DNA of 64,000 bases from an uncultured virus (IMG/VR IMGVR_UViG_3300029916_000002) (IMGVR_UViG_3300029916_000002); one strand, 5' to 3'. Shown: positions 27,890 through 38,606, numbered from the stretch's first letter. Notes: generated by a model from the sequence alone, not told the origin. A program made the numbers and translations.

Positions 27890-30100
27890 ATGGCTGATGA
27901 TTCTAACATGGATAAATTCGTCTTACAATATCAGACGGATGCTGGCAATACATTAAAGCAATTGGATGCGCTTGCCGATAAAATGGATAAAATTACTCAA
28001 AAGGGAGAAAAGAGCGAATCGAAATTTAAAGATATCGGGAAAGCTGTCGGCCAAAATTTATCTAAAGTAACGCCAGAAATTACCGGGATCATTGGCGTTG
28101 TCGGAGAACTTGCAGGAACATTGACAGTAGTTACTGGCGTTATTTCAACGCTTGTTTTAGGTTTTACCGCTATGAATCGTCTAATGAAAGAATATAATGC
28201 TCAACGCGATTTAAGTTTTAGAGCGGGAATGAATGTTAATGATATCGAAAATTTTCAACGTCAAATGAACGTTTCTTCCAGCGGCAGGATCGGAGGAGAA
28301 CAGTCTAGAGGAATAATTGATAAAGTTCAAGGATTGGCGTTTTCAGCTTATACAAATCCGAATCCTTTATCAAGAGAATCCTTACTATTAAGAGAAGGCG
28401 GATCAAGTCCGTTCAATAGTAACGGGGCCATTAAAAGTACAACTGATATTTTAAATGATCTGACTAAAAAATTAAAAGCATCTTCAGATATTCAAGCTCA
28501 GGCCATCGGTCAGACAATCGGATTTTCCCATGACGAAGTTGAAGCGATTAGAAATAGAAATACAAGCGTAAAAAATTCGGCAAATTTGACTAATGAAGAA
28601 AGAATCCGGCGTGAAGAAGCTATCGTCACAATGGACAATTTGCGTAATGTTACTGGAGATTTGAACGAACATATAAGAATATTGGCTAATGATTTAGGCG
28701 CTGAATTAATTCCGGCATTGGATAAATTTTTGACGTGGATTGATAAAATAGTTCAAAAACTTAATAAACCGATCGACGCTTTTGATATTATGCTAGATAC
28801 CAGAAAGAAAACTGGACAACTTTTAGATGCTGTTGATCCTAAAACTAAAAAACCTTTCTGGCAAACTACGAAAGAACCTTTCTGGCAGACTGAAGAACGT
28901 GCTAGAAAAATGGTAATAGAAGAACATGATAAAAAAGCTACAGAATTGCAACAAAAACAAGACCAGAGCAATCAATCGATAAGGGAATCGGCCTCGTTAT
29001 TTACTCGGGACGTAAATTTATTTGCTGGGGCTGTTTCTACATTTGCTGGGGTAATAGATGAACATGCAGCGTTAGCCGCATGGGCGGGCGGTATTGGTCA
29101 AGCGGCGGGTTTGGGACCTATGAATTATCCGCAATCGCAAGCGAAGCCGTTACCGTCTCAAATAATGTCCGCTGTTAATACTGCGGTAAAAGGTACAAAT
29201 ATACCTGCTAATGTATTGGCTGGAATTGTCGCCACGGAATCAGGCGGAAATCCTAATGCTGTTAGTCATGATAAATACGGGAAACCCGTTGCGTATGGCT
29301 TGGCGCAAATAAATCAATCAAATTTTGCATCAACAGGAATTACAAATCCATTTAATATTCAGCAAAATTTGCGCGCGGCTGTCCAACTATTATCGCAGTA
29401 TTTAAAAGCGTCTGGAGGAGATATGGAACAGGCGCTTAGGATGTACGAAGGTGGCCCGAATCAAAGTCAATGGGGAGCGGTAAACGCCGCTTATCCTGGA
29501 AAAGTACTTGGATATTCTCAGTCAAACACAATTGACCCTAATTCGCCGTCATTCAGATCGGGTAATTACCAAAGTGCTCCTAGAAATATTAACGGACTCA
29601 ATCAAGCGGGAACGGGCGCGGGCGGCCCAATAAAAGGCATAACGCCTAATGATTTGACATTATTCAACGCACAGCAAGCGATCGCCGCGCAATTAGGAAT
29701 AAATGTGGACCAATTAAGACAGGGACGCGTTAACAAAGGCGACGTTAATTTTGCTAGAGAGAATTCCGAATATTCATTACAAATGCAAATTCAACGCGAT
29801 CAACTAATGCTATCGACGCCAGGAGCATTGCCGCGCCAACAAGCGGAAGCGCAAAAAGATTTACGTATTCAAGCAATGCATTTGGCTGGTATAAAACAAT
29901 ACGGTTCACAAATTGAAGGCGCGGCAAGACCGGGCGGAAGAGATATAACGGTAAATGAAAAAGGCGTCTGGATTCAGGTAGACGGATCGCAAGATCCTTT
30001 ATTAACAGGTAAAGCCGTCAAGGGAGCATTGACAAATACTTTTTTAAGCCCCGATATAGATCAGATGACTAATAGCGTCGCTAGCGGAATTAAATATTAA
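27890..30100 (+). CDS. Tape measure protein with lytic transglycosylase (SLT) domain
   Basis: ATESGGNPNAVS...AYGLAQI...NLRAAVQLL...ALRMYEGGP. Confidence 0.85.
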   Translation: MADDSNMDKFVLQYQTDAGNTLKQLDALADKMDKITQKGEKSESKFKDIGKAVGQNLSKVTPEITGIIGVVGELAGTLTVVTGVISTLVLGFTAMNRLMKEYNAQRDLSFRAGMNVNDIENFQRQMNVSSSGRIGGEQSRGIIDKVQGLAFSAYTNPNPLSRESLLLREGGSSPFNSNGAIKSTTDILNDLTKKLKASSDIQAQAIGQTIGFSHDEVEAIRNRNTSVKNSANLTNEERIRREEAIVTMDNLRNVTGDLNEHIRILANDLGAELIPALDKFLTWIDKIVQKLNKPIDAFDIMLDTRKKTGQLLDAVDPKTKKPFWQTTKEPFWQTEERARKMVIEEHDKKATELQQKQDQSNQSIRESASLFTRDVNLFAGAVSTFAGVIDEHAALAAWAGGIGQAAGLGPMNYPQSQAKPLPSQIMSAVNTAVKGTNIPANVLAGIVATESGGNPNAVSHDKYGKPVAYGLAQINQSNFASTGITNPFNIQQNLRAAVQLLSQYLKASGGDMEQALRMYEGGPNQSQWGAVNAAYPGKVLGYSQSNTIDPNSPSFRSGNYQSAPRNINGLNQAGTGAGGPIKGITPNDLTLFNAQQAIAAQLGINVDQLRQGRVNKGDVNFARENSEYSLQMQIQRDQLMLSTPGALPRQQAEAQKDLRIQAMHLAGIKQYGSQIEGAARPGGRDITVNEKGVWIQVDGSQDPLLTGKAVKGALTNTFLSPDIDQMTNSVASGIKY

Positions 30101-30110
30101 GGGCTATATC

Positions 30111-30983
30111 ATGGTTATGAAAACTAGACTGTTAAGAGTTATTATGATAATTAATGGTCAGACGGTAACTCTCGATGAAAATTTAACGCTTTCTATAAGA
30201 ATAAAAAAAGCTGCTTTAGCATTAAGAAATAAGGCTACTATTAACGTAGGCGGATTGACTCAACAATTACGTGAACAATTATTAACTAATTTTACAGCTT
30301 ATTCTCAGCGTCAAAGAACAATGGGAGAATTAGCGGATAGTTATATTCCGGTAACTATTCAAGCTGGGTATTCAATCGGCGGAGTCGCAACTCTAACTCA
30401 GGTTTATAAAGGGCAAATCGTTTCTTGTGGGCTAGTATCTCCGCCGCCGAATGTCATTTTGCAAATAGTTTGTTATACGCAACAGCAAGATACTGTTAAT
30501 TTCATCACAACTCAAGCGCCATCCGGCATTACCTATGCAGCTTATGCAGCATGGGCGGCTAATCAAATGGGGCTTTCATTATATATCGACACGGCGTATG
30601 CTAATACCATTATTTACAATCCAGGCCGAACGTGCTTTACTGTATCTGCGTTATTACTTGATTTGCAAAGATATGATAGAATAACAATAGCTGCTTATAT
30701 AGACGATGACCAACTTATCGTTAAAGATAAAAATAAAATTATTAATCCAGCTAATATATTAACGATATCAGAATTTTTAGGTATGCCGACATGGAATGAA
30801 TGGGGTATTAATTTTACGGTACTGTTTAACAATGCAATTAAATTGGCTGGTGGTGTTAATTTGATGTCTATTTTAAATCCATCCATTAATAACACCAATT
30901 TCGTCATTATTGAATTGGATTATAATTTAGAAAGTAGAGATAAACAATTTTCAATAACAGCTAACGTATGTCCATCGGCGTAA
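30111..30983 (+). CDS. Baseplate hub protein
   Basis: V.IQAGY...YKGQI pattern; follows the tape measure. Confidence 0.7.
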   Translation: MVMKTRLLRVIMIINGQTVTLDENLTLSIRIKKAALALRNKATINVGGLTQQLREQLLTNFTAYSQRQRTMGELADSYIPVTIQAGYSIGGVATLTQVYKGQIVSCGLVSPPPNVILQIVCYTQQQDTVNFITTQAPSGITYAAYAAWAANQMGLSLYIDTAYANTIIYNPGRTCFTVSALLLDLQRYDRITIAAYIDDDQLIVKDKNKIINPANILTISEFLGMPTWNEWGINFTVLFNNAIKLAGGVNLMSILNPSINNTNFVIIELDYNLESRDKQFSITANVCPSA

Positions 30984-30987
30984 CATC

Positions 30988-31500
30988 ATGAGAAAAACAA
31001 AAGAATTTCAAATTTTTGGAATAGATTATAAAACGACGCAATTTAGCGCTATGCAATCGTTGGATATAATTAAAAAACCAAACAATTTAGACCCTATTCA
31101 ATTATTATCGTTAACGAGCGTAAAGATAGAAAATGATTTTATTCTTTTATCTGGTAAAAACGAAATAAATTCTTATGTGGTTGATAAAATAAATCATTTG
31201 CCTGGAGCTATAGTTTTAAGAGGTTTGATAAAATATATTTCTGATTATAGTTTTAGTTTTATATCAGATTTTAAAATGATTAAAACTCCAGCAAAATTTG
31301 CGTCTGATGCTAAACATGTTTTTTCTCCGCACATAGAACCTATGATCGCCCAATTAATCCATAATGGATATGGGACATTAGAGAAATTTGAACAATATTA
31401 CTCTCTAGAAGATGCTTATATTCTATTTGATGCGTTAGTCGCACAAGGTGTTAGCGAGGCTTATAGCGCCGATTACGCCATTAAACATCCTCAAAAATAG
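30988..31500 (+). CDS. Tail-associated hypothetical protein (chaperone-like)
   Basis: TL......YSLEDAY.LFD motif. Confidence 0.55.
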   Translation: MRKTKEFQIFGIDYKTTQFSAMQSLDIIKKPNNLDPIQLLSLTSVKIENDFILLSGKNEINSYVVDKINHLPGAIVLRGLIKYISDYSFSFISDFKMIKTPAKFASDAKHVFSPHIEPMIAQLIHNGYGTLEKFEQYYSLEDAYILFDALVAQGVSEAYSADYAIKHPQK

Positions 31501-31508
31501 GATAATCC

Positions 31509-32258
31509 ATGTCTGAACAAATTACTAATGCGAATTTAACGGATAAAAATTCGATTACCGCTGCATTAAATTATACATTAGAACAGCATAGGTATGACGA
31601 TGACAATCTTATCCCTTGTAGAGTATTAAGCGTTGATCGCGACGGTGGCACCGTAGATTTACAGCCGATGATTTACTTAGTAAAAATGGATAATTCCACT
31701 TTATCGCGGCAAAGTCTTGAAAAAATAAATATACTTTCTATTGGAGCGGGTGGTTATTTGATTAATTTCCCAGTCAATGTTGGCGATCTTGGTTGGTTAT
31801 TTGCGGGAGATCGAGATCTATCATTATTCAAACAATCATTATCCGATGCTGCGCCTAATTCTGGTAGAGCGCATCAATTTGCCGATGGAATTTTTATTCC
31901 AGATGCGTTTCGAAAATTTACTTTAGCTTCTGAAGATTCGGGAGCATTAGTAATTCAAAATACATCTGGAACGGTTAAACTTTCCATTCAAAATGATAAT
32001 ATTATTATTGCCGCGCCAACAAAAGTTTTAGTTAGAACGGCATTGGCGGAATTTTCGCAAAATGTATTAGTTGATGGGGATTTAACCGTTACCGGGATGT
32101 CTTCGGTAAATGGTGGATTTAACGCAACGGGAGGAAGTGGATCGGAAGTTTGCATCTTACCCGCAACGACTACGGTCGATAGTATTAATGTCGCTTCTCA
32201 TGGTCACGAACAACAAAATAACGGCTCCGGTAGAACGGCTGGCGGAATGGAGGCTTAA
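31509..32258 (+). CDS. Baseplate central spike (gp138/gpV-like)
   Basis: FPVNVGDLG...DRD...R.H.FADG.FIPD; C-terminal HGH metal motif. Confidence 0.85.
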   Translation: MSEQITNANLTDKNSITAALNYTLEQHRYDDDNLIPCRVLSVDRDGGTVDLQPMIYLVKMDNSTLSRQSLEKINILSIGAGGYLINFPVNVGDLGWLFAGDRDLSLFKQSLSDAAPNSGRAHQFADGIFIPDAFRKFTLASEDSGALVIQNTSGTVKLSIQNDNIIIAAPTKVLVRTALAEFSQNVLVDGDLTVTGMSSVNGGFNATGGSGSEVCILPATTTVDSINVASHGHEQQNNGSGRTAGGMEA

Positions 32259-32260
32259 TA

Positions 32261-33526
32261 ATGGCTGCAAATTATACTTTAAATGTCGATACAGGAACAG
32301 TAACGGCAAATACTCAAGATTTATTAACTGATGTGCAATCCGAATGGCAAGCCATTTTCGGTACGACTCTAGACGTTGACGCAAGTACGCCACAGGGAAC
32401 ATTAATACAAAATGAAACGGTGTCGCGTACAAGCGTAATGAAAAATAATGCTGATATGGCTAATACGCTAAATCCAGATCAAGCATATGGCGTATTTCTA
32501 GCATCCACGTGTGCCTTATTGGGCATTATACCGTCGATTAATAAATCAACCATTGGCAATAACATTCAACTCGTTAATAGTGGGACAATACAAATAACGA
32601 TACCCGCAGGAAATCGTGTTCAGACGACGGCGGGCGATTATTTCGTATTAGTGGCGGATACTATTATTCCGGCATCATCTACAATTGGCGCACAAATACA
32701 ATCTCAACAGTCAGGCCCGATCCCTCTTCCAGTCGAAACGTTAACGATCGTAGATGGTGTAATAGGCTGGGGTAGTGCTTCTGTATCGTCTGATTCCACG
32801 GTCATTTTAGGGACATTACAATTAACTGATGCACAATTACGAAGCCGTAGAAATCAGATGTTGTTTGTCCAGGGGCTTGGATCTTTAGGGGCAATTAACG
32901 CAAATTTATTGGCCGTCGATAATGTTACTAGTTCGATAGCGATTGAAAATAATACGGGCGCGGCTGGACTCGTTAACGGAATAAATTTCACTCTACCAAG
33001 CGCCATGTATGCGTGTGTATCAGGCACCGCGATACCGAATGACATTGCCGCAGCTCTATTCGCAGCTCATGGCTCAGGTTGCCCATGGGATTATGGCGCT
33101 CCTGGCGAGGGAAATCCCGTTAGTCCGCCGCTTGGTGTGCAAGTTATAGATCCAGAAAGTAATTTACCTTATTACGTAAAATATACGACGCCTATCGAAT
33201 TCGATTGTTATGTACATATAACGGCAAAACAAGGTACTAGCGCTGCATCTGAAATTTCAATTCAAAATGCTATTATGAATTACGCAGCGGGACTTATTGA
33301 CGGCCAAGACGGTTTAGGAACTGGCGTAGATATTTCTGGCTTTTTACTTTCCAGTGCCGTTATTACTACATTGCCGGGAATAATCATTTCTGAATGTACC
33401 ATTTGCGTTTTAGCCTCAGGATCTCCGCCGCCGGCATGGCCTACTGGATTTGTTCAATATTTTTCTATGCTCCCATATCAAGAAGCGACAATTAAAGTCG
33501 GTAATATTCAGGTATTATTATCATGA
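32261..33526 (+). CDS. Baseplate J-like wedge protein
   Basis: STPQGTLI, NPDQAYGVFL, TDAQLR.RR and IENNT motifs. Confidence 0.85.
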   Translation: MAANYTLNVDTGTVTANTQDLLTDVQSEWQAIFGTTLDVDASTPQGTLIQNETVSRTSVMKNNADMANTLNPDQAYGVFLASTCALLGIIPSINKSTIGNNIQLVNSGTIQITIPAGNRVQTTAGDYFVLVADTIIPASSTIGAQIQSQQSGPIPLPVETLTIVDGVIGWGSASVSSDSTVILGTLQLTDAQLRSRRNQMLFVQGLGSLGAINANLLAVDNVTSSIAIENNTGAAGLVNGINFTLPSAMYACVSGTAIPNDIAAALFAAHGSGCPWDYGAPGEGNPVSPPLGVQVIDPESNLPYYVKYTTPIEFDCYVHITAKQGTSAASEISIQNAIMNYAAGLIDGQDGLGTGVDISGFLLSSAVITTLPGIIISECTICVLASGSPPPAWPTGFVQYFSMLPYQEATIKVGNIQVLLS

Positions 33527-34260
33527 TAACACCATATAATACAGACCAAACGCAGGTTTTAAAATGGATGCAAAATAATGCCGTTAGACTCCCAGCGCTA
33601 ATTCAGGCTAAGGCTAATTGGTACGCTATAAATCAAACTCAATTTTGGGAAAATTTTTATACTGATATTTTTAATCTACAGACATGCGGAATATTTGGGA
33701 TAGCAGTGTGGAGTATTATTTTGGGTGTCCCGTCTAAATTATTCGGTTTATATCCAGTAGATAATGCGTGGGCCTACGGAATTAACAGGGAAAATTTTGC
33801 TACAACAGGCATTAGCACCTTCGCTCTAAATGAATGGAATGATGTAGTAAATAGTAATCCTGAACCGGCGGCAGAAGTTCCTTTTAATATTGGCGGTAAT
33901 TTTTACGGCGGCGGCGATACAACTATAATTAATTTAGTGGAAGTTATACAAGTTTTGCAATTACGTTATGCTAGTTTAGTTTCCAACGGTAGAATACAAT
34001 ACATCAATCGTATGCTAAAATACATTTTTAATAAAGGCGAAGACTGGGATTATACCTCTAAAAATTATTTTTATTTAGCAGATAGCACTATAGTAGCATC
34101 GGCGAATGTCGCCCCGGTAACGACTCCGTATTATATGGAATATAGGGTAGGGGCAGAGCTGGGACTATCGGATCAGTTTATTACATTACTTAACACTCCC
34201 CTATATGGTATAATTCCAACATGTACGGGCATTAAATATGCCGTAATTCAGGAGTCATAA
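33523..34260 (+). CDS. Baseplate wedge protein (DUF2612-like)
   Basis: IFNLQTC..FG..VW.IILG motif; follows baseplate J. Confidence 0.75.
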   Translation: MITPYNTDQTQVLKWMQNNAVRLPALIQAKANWYAINQTQFWENFYTDIFNLQTCGIFGIAVWSIILGVPSKLFGLYPVDNAWAYGINRENFATTGISTFALNEWNDVVNSNPEPAAEVPFNIGGNFYGGGDTTIINLVEVIQVLQLRYASLVSNGRIQYINRMLKYIFNKGEDWDYTSKNYFYLADSTIVASANVAPVTTPYYMEYRVGAELGLSDQFITLLNTPLYGIIPTCTGIKYAVIQES

Positions 34261-34261
34261 A

Positions 34262-36286
34262 ATGCCAGATCTTATTCCTACAGCATTTTCTATCGATGGT
34301 GATAAAACTGTACCGCCTCAATTATCGCCGCAGAATTTTGTCAGCTTCGAAGAAGGATATACTACTGATTATGAATTACCTCTTAATACCGGGAATCCAA
34401 ATGCGAAACCAGTAGAGAGAACTATTCAAAATTATTTATTTTATGTCACTACCGATAATATATCTTTTTTACAGCAACACGGTTATTGCATTTGGTATGC
34501 CTCGATGCCTGGAGGTTATGGAATTAATGATAAAGTCGTTCGGCAAAATAATGCGGGGACGTGGTTACCATTCAGATCGTTAATTGCTGCAAACATTTCC
34601 GATCCGTTAGTTAATTCCGTTAATTGGGAATTCGATTACTCAATCACCGCAATTAACGCCGCTATTCCTATGCCTTCAGGTGGAGCAATTGGCGCGTCAT
34701 CATCGTTAATTACAACGGCGACAAATCTAAATTCCTTGCCGTTAGGGACATTTGAAATTGCTAGTGATGCTATCGCAGCAGCTTGTGCTAACATTCCAAT
34801 TGCGTTAGGATCTACTGCGCAAGCGGGCATGATTGAAACTATGCAATGGTCGTTTAATTCGGTCAATTATTCAATTCAAAGATACGTTTCACGAACCGGC
34901 ATTACGGCTAATCGCGGCAGTATTAATGGCTCTTTTTCATCTTGGATCTTAGCCGCGACTTCGTATGGGAGATCTGATGGTAATATAACACTATCATCAT
35001 CAACTATATTGACAGCTATTGCGGGCGGTAACACAATAATATGGACTGGCTCTACAGGAACAATAACTCTACCGGTAAAAAGTTCGTTAATAGCAAATCA
35101 ATTTTTATGGTTTAATAATAACGGATCGGGCGCAATAAACATTGTGACGCAAGGGGCAGACGTTATTTCTTCTGAATCCGGAAATATAACAATTTTTCTT
35201 TTACAACCTGGAGATTCATTGCAATTAACCGCATTGCCATCTAATAATTTATATGCTGCAATCGACGGAACTTCTTTATTGCAAATTTCAAAAACCTTGA
35301 CAAGTCAGCCGCCGTTTTCTGATAATTCACAACGCATCGCCACAACTTCATTTGTAAAGCAATTTACCGGGAATGCAAATGGAGTTTATGTTTTTAATAA
35401 CAACACCGTTTTAGGTCAACAGCATATTGGTAGTTTATGTATTTTAGCTACAGGTAATTATACTATAACATTACCTAATGTTAATTTAGTTCCCGGCGGA
35501 ACAATTAGATTTATTTTTAATGGAACCGGATCGGTAGTCATTAATGTTGCTATCGCTTCAATCGTTTATCCTGGCATTAGCAATACGACATTTCAAACTA
35601 TGGTATCAGGCGAAGAGCGTGTGTATTATTCAGATGGCGGTACATGGTATTCAGCGTTAATAAGTCATGCCGCAACAATGGGAACCGGCGATAATTCAAC
35701 TAGAATTGCGACAACCGCTTTTGTTCAAAATAATAAACCTGTCGTTCCTAGCAGATTCGGCGGCGATCCGAATATGGACGGAAATGCCGATCCTGGAGAA
35801 ACAGGTCAATGGGCTGATGGAGGACATATTCATCCTAGCGATACTAGTAAAGTTGATCAGACCCAACTTTCAAATAACATTCCGTTAGTAGATTATGGCT
35901 CCGGTTCCCCTGGCGGTTCGAATCAAATCGCAAGAATTGATCATTATCATCCATCTGATACAAGTAAAGTACCATTTTCTCAATATAATAATGATTTCGC
36001 AAACGGTAGCAATAGCAACGGATATTTTCAAAAATTCCCCGGAGGACATCAATATTGTATTTCTCCGCAATATACAATTCAGGGAACAGCGCATGGAAGT
36101 AATAGTTTGACGTGGACTTTTCCGAGCGCATTCGTGGCTACTCCAGGAATTATTATAGGATTATCAGGGTTAACTGATGGCGGGAGTAGCGTAGCGTTTG
36201 AATATGGAATAGAATCGGTTAATGCTAACTCAGTTAATATTTTTAGTGCATTTCAATTAAGTTTTTACATTATGGCTATGATATAA
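34262..36286 (+). CDS. Tail fibre protein
   Basis: VSFEEGYTTDYEL...AKPVER N-terminus; DNS.RIATT.FV x2; H.HPSDTSKV x2; NGYFQKFPGG...TFPSAF C-terminal domain. Confidence 0.85.
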   Translation: MPDLIPTAFSIDGDKTVPPQLSPQNFVSFEEGYTTDYELPLNTGNPNAKPVERTIQNYLFYVTTDNISFLQQHGYCIWYASMPGGYGINDKVVRQNNAGTWLPFRSLIAANISDPLVNSVNWEFDYSITAINAAIPMPSGGAIGASSSLITTATNLNSLPLGTFEIASDAIAAACANIPIALGSTAQAGMIETMQWSFNSVNYSIQRYVSRTGITANRGSINGSFSSWILAATSYGRSDGNITLSSSTILTAIAGGNTIIWTGSTGTITLPVKSSLIANQFLWFNNNGSGAINIVTQGADVISSESGNITIFLLQPGDSLQLTALPSNNLYAAIDGTSLLQISKTLTSQPPFSDNSQRIATTSFVKQFTGNANGVYVFNNNTVLGQQHIGSLCILATGNYTITLPNVNLVPGGTIRFIFNGTGSVVINVAIASIVYPGISNTTFQTMVSGEERVYYSDGGTWYSALISHAATMGTGDNSTRIATTAFVQNNKPVVPSRFGGDPNMDGNADPGETGQWADGGHIHPSDTSKVDQTQLSNNIPLVDYGSGSPGGSNQIARIDHYHPSDTSKVPFSQYNNDFANGSNSNGYFQKFPGGHQYCISPQYTIQGTAHGSNSLTWTFPSAFVATPGIIIGLSGLTDGGSSVAFEYGIESVNANSVNIFSAFQLSFYIMAMI

Positions 36287-36295
36287 AGGATATTT

Positions 36296-36949
36296 ATGAA
36301 CATAACAAAAGAAATTCTTATGAATGGAACCGCATGTACCAGCGGTGTCGCCGATGTATGGTTGCCTTTTATACAGGCAGCTTGTGATAAGTACAATGTT
36401 AATACGGTAAATCGTATTGCGGCGTTTCTCGCTAACGTTGGGGTTGAGTCTACAAGTCTCACTCGATTTGAGGAAAACTTGCATTATTCCGCCGCAGAAT
36501 TGGCGAAAGTCTGGCCGACACGTTACGCAGTCAAAAATTTAGCTGAATTAAAAACTCCGAACGAATTAGCAATAAAATTGGCGGCGGCTGGACCTGAAGC
36601 CATCGCAAATAATGTTTACGCTAGTCGAATGGGGAACGGAGACGAACAGAGCGGCGATGGATGGACATATCGCGGTCAAGGACCAATTCAGATCACTGGT
36701 AAGTCAAATATTTTACGCTGCTTGGCGGCTATTGGCCTGACTAGCGAACCGCCGGATCTATTGCAAAAACCTAAAGCTGGCGCATTGTCGGCGGCGTGGT
36801 TTTTTTCGTCTAATAAATGCAATGAATTAGCTGATGCTGGTAAAATTTCAGAGATTGTTAAAAATATAAATGGAGAAATTCCTTGTGTAGCAAATCAAGG
36901 AACATTGCGTATAAACCGTTTTCGTTCTACCGCAGCAATGTTTAAATAA
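36296..36949 (+). CDS. Endolysin, glycoside hydrolase family 19
   Basis: RIAAFLA..GVES, EENLHYS, GNGDEQSGDGW.YRGQGPIQITGKSN, SAAWFF and ING motifs. Confidence 0.92.
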   Translation: MNITKEILMNGTACTSGVADVWLPFIQAACDKYNVNTVNRIAAFLANVGVESTSLTRFEENLHYSAAELAKVWPTRYAVKNLAELKTPNELAIKLAAAGPEAIANNVYASRMGNGDEQSGDGWTYRGQGPIQITGKSNILRCLAAIGLTSEPPDLLQKPKAGALSAAWFFSSNKCNELADAGKISEIVKNINGEIPCVANQGTLRINRFRSTAAMFK

Positions 36950-36954
36950 AGATA

Positions 36955-36978
36955 AGGCCGCAACGCGCGGCCTATTTC
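36955..36978. terminator. Terminator between convergent transcription units
   Basis: AGGCCGC-aacgc-GCGGCCT. Confidence 0.65.
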
Positions 36979-37205
36979 GTATTTGTGACGGTATGAATAA
37001 TATCATGAATCGGCAATTGAACCGTATTCCCGGACATAAAAAAATTCCCCAATGCACTTAAAATGCCTATAATAATAGCTCTCACTAGTCTATCTTTTAT
37101 TGAATTTCCAATAAAACTTAACAAGAAAGAAAACGCCGCGTCTAGTATATCGGGCAAAAAGAAATTAACGAATCTCTTAGAGATCCGTTTAAATTTTTCA
37201 TTCAT
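36972..37205 (-). CDS. Small hydrophobic protein
   Basis: Two hydrophobic stretches; AAGGGG RBS. Confidence 0.6.
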   Translation of the reverse strand: MNEKFKRISKRFVNFFLPDILDAAFSFLLSFIGNSIKDRLVRAIIIGILSALGNFFMSGNTVQLPIHDIIHTVTNTK

Positions 37206-37222
37206 AACGCCCCTTAACTTCT

Positions 37223-37822
37223 CTATTCATCGATCTTGTAATTTTTAGTCAAATGACCTTTTTTATCGAACATAGGATTAATAATAGAGAACGTCATGCT
37301 TTTATCTTTCGATAAGTTATATGTAATATCTAAACGTCTCGCAATGGGAGTGTAATAAATAAAATCTATTACATGTTGCGCAGCTATAAATTGGACTAAA
37401 TTGTCATGACCATAATCAATCATTTTCATGACAATATATTTTCTGGTCAATTCCGTTCCATCGACTAATGTATAGTGAACCTGAATTAAAGTGTACGGAT
37501 CTTGAGGTTCGAAATAAACATCTGTCGGCATGTATAAAGAAACTCCGGCTACTGTTCCTTTTTCGTCTTTCACTGTATCATTGCAAAAATATGGTCTACC
37601 GTATTTTTCGTAAGACATGGTACTTTGCAAACAGTCATTTTCGGTTTCATTTCCATTAGCAAATTTACTATTAGAAAATAACCATTTTCCATGCAAGTTC
37701 TGCATTTGAAAATCAACATTATTATTTCCATGACTGAGATCGATAGAACCAGCAAAAGAGGAAGAGGTAAAGGCCAGAAAAGCAGCCGCCAGGATCATTG
37801 ATTTAACATTAAGCTTTGACAT
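37223..37822 (-). CDS. Exported/periplasmic protein with signal peptide
   Basis: Start moved to MSKLNVKSMILAAAFLAFTSSSFA after GGAGA RBS. Confidence 0.75.
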   Translation of the reverse strand: MSKLNVKSMILAAAFLAFTSSSFAGSIDLSHGNNNVDFQMQNLHGKWLFSNSKFANGNETENDCLQSTMSYEKYGRPYFCNDTVKDEKGTVAGVSLYMPTDVYFEPQDPYTLIQVHYTLVDGTELTRKYIVMKMIDYGHDNLVQFIAAQHVIDFIYYTPIARRLDITYNLSKDKSMTFSIINPMFDKKGHLTKNYKIDE

Positions 37823-37840
37823 TGTAATTTTCTCCAGGTC

Positions 37841-37869
37841 ATTATACAGGGCTATCCGGCCAATATCAA
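37841..37869 (-). promoter_or_regulatory. Sigma70 promoter of the exported-protein gene
   Basis: TTGATA-N17-TATAAT on minus strand. Confidence 0.7.
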
Positions 37870-38018
37870 TTGTCAAGATATTGTAAGTTTTACTATAGAT
37901 ATGTATAAATTTCGTGTTCATTAAATTTTGAATTCTGGCAAACGGCGGCTATCACTATAGGCCAGAATTCACGTAGCGACGCCTAAAATTGGTCAAAAAG
38001 TAATCAACAGAAAGCCAA

Positions 38019-38249
38019 TTAGAAGAGGGCGACATCTTCTAAGGATCTTTCCGATAAGTCAAAACGTTCAGCTTGGTCGCCGAATTCATCTTCCGAATAA
38101 ACAAAAGACCATTTAGCACCTCGCACCATGATCATTTTTGTGCGCGCATCGGCATAATTTTCTGCTTGAACAATAACATAAAAATTTCCCAAAGAATTAC
38201 CCAATACGTCTATGTGATTACTACCGAATGTGAAATAAAATTTCTTCAT
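38019..38249 (-). CDS. Small phage hypothetical protein
   Basis: FYFTFG...AR..M....G.KWSF.Y pattern; GGAG RBS. Confidence 0.75.
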   Translation of the reverse strand: MKKFYFTFGSNHIDVLGNSLGNFYVIVQAENYADARTKMIMVRGAKWSFVYSEDEFGDQAERFDLSERSLEDVALF

Positions 38250-38268
38250 GATCTTAATCTCCATAAGT

Positions 38269-38292
38269 AAAGCGCGGCCGTGATAGCCGCGA
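38269..38292 (-). repeat. Hairpin TCGCGGCTRTCAYGGCCGCGCTTT, copy 1
   Basis: 22/24 identical to 52844-52867. Confidence 0.75.
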
Positions 38293-38336
38293 TGATAATT
38301 ATTGTTCGTCGCCGATGCCTAATGCCGTTCTGATAC

Positions 38337-38585
38337 TCAATAACATAATATACATAGAGCCTTGTAAAAAGATTGATAAAACTCATCAACGCGAGGATCT
38401 ATATAACTGTCTTTGTTAGCTCGAAGGCTGAATATAAAAGACGGATCAGCGCCAATTGAATGTTGTTTTGCGTACCACTGTTCGAAATGTAAGCGTTGCT
38501 TTTCATATTCGAGATCGGCTTCCGCTTCCTGTTTGGCATTTGGTACGGCATCAAAAACATTTTCGAATAATTCCTCAATTTCCAT
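38337..38585 (-). CDS. Hypothetical protein
   Basis: GAGG RBS. Confidence 0.65.
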   Translation of the reverse strand: MEIEELFENVFDAVPNAKQEAEADLEYEKQRLHFEQWYAKQHSIGADPSFIFSLRANKDSYIDPRVDEFYQSFYKALCILCY

Positions 38586-38606
38586 TTTCTATTCCTCTAA
38601 GATTAT

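Noticed and set aside
27454..27890. Programmed frameshift in the tail chaperone
   Set aside because: No convincing slippery heptamer with a downstream open frame; the gene ends 4 bp before the tape measure.
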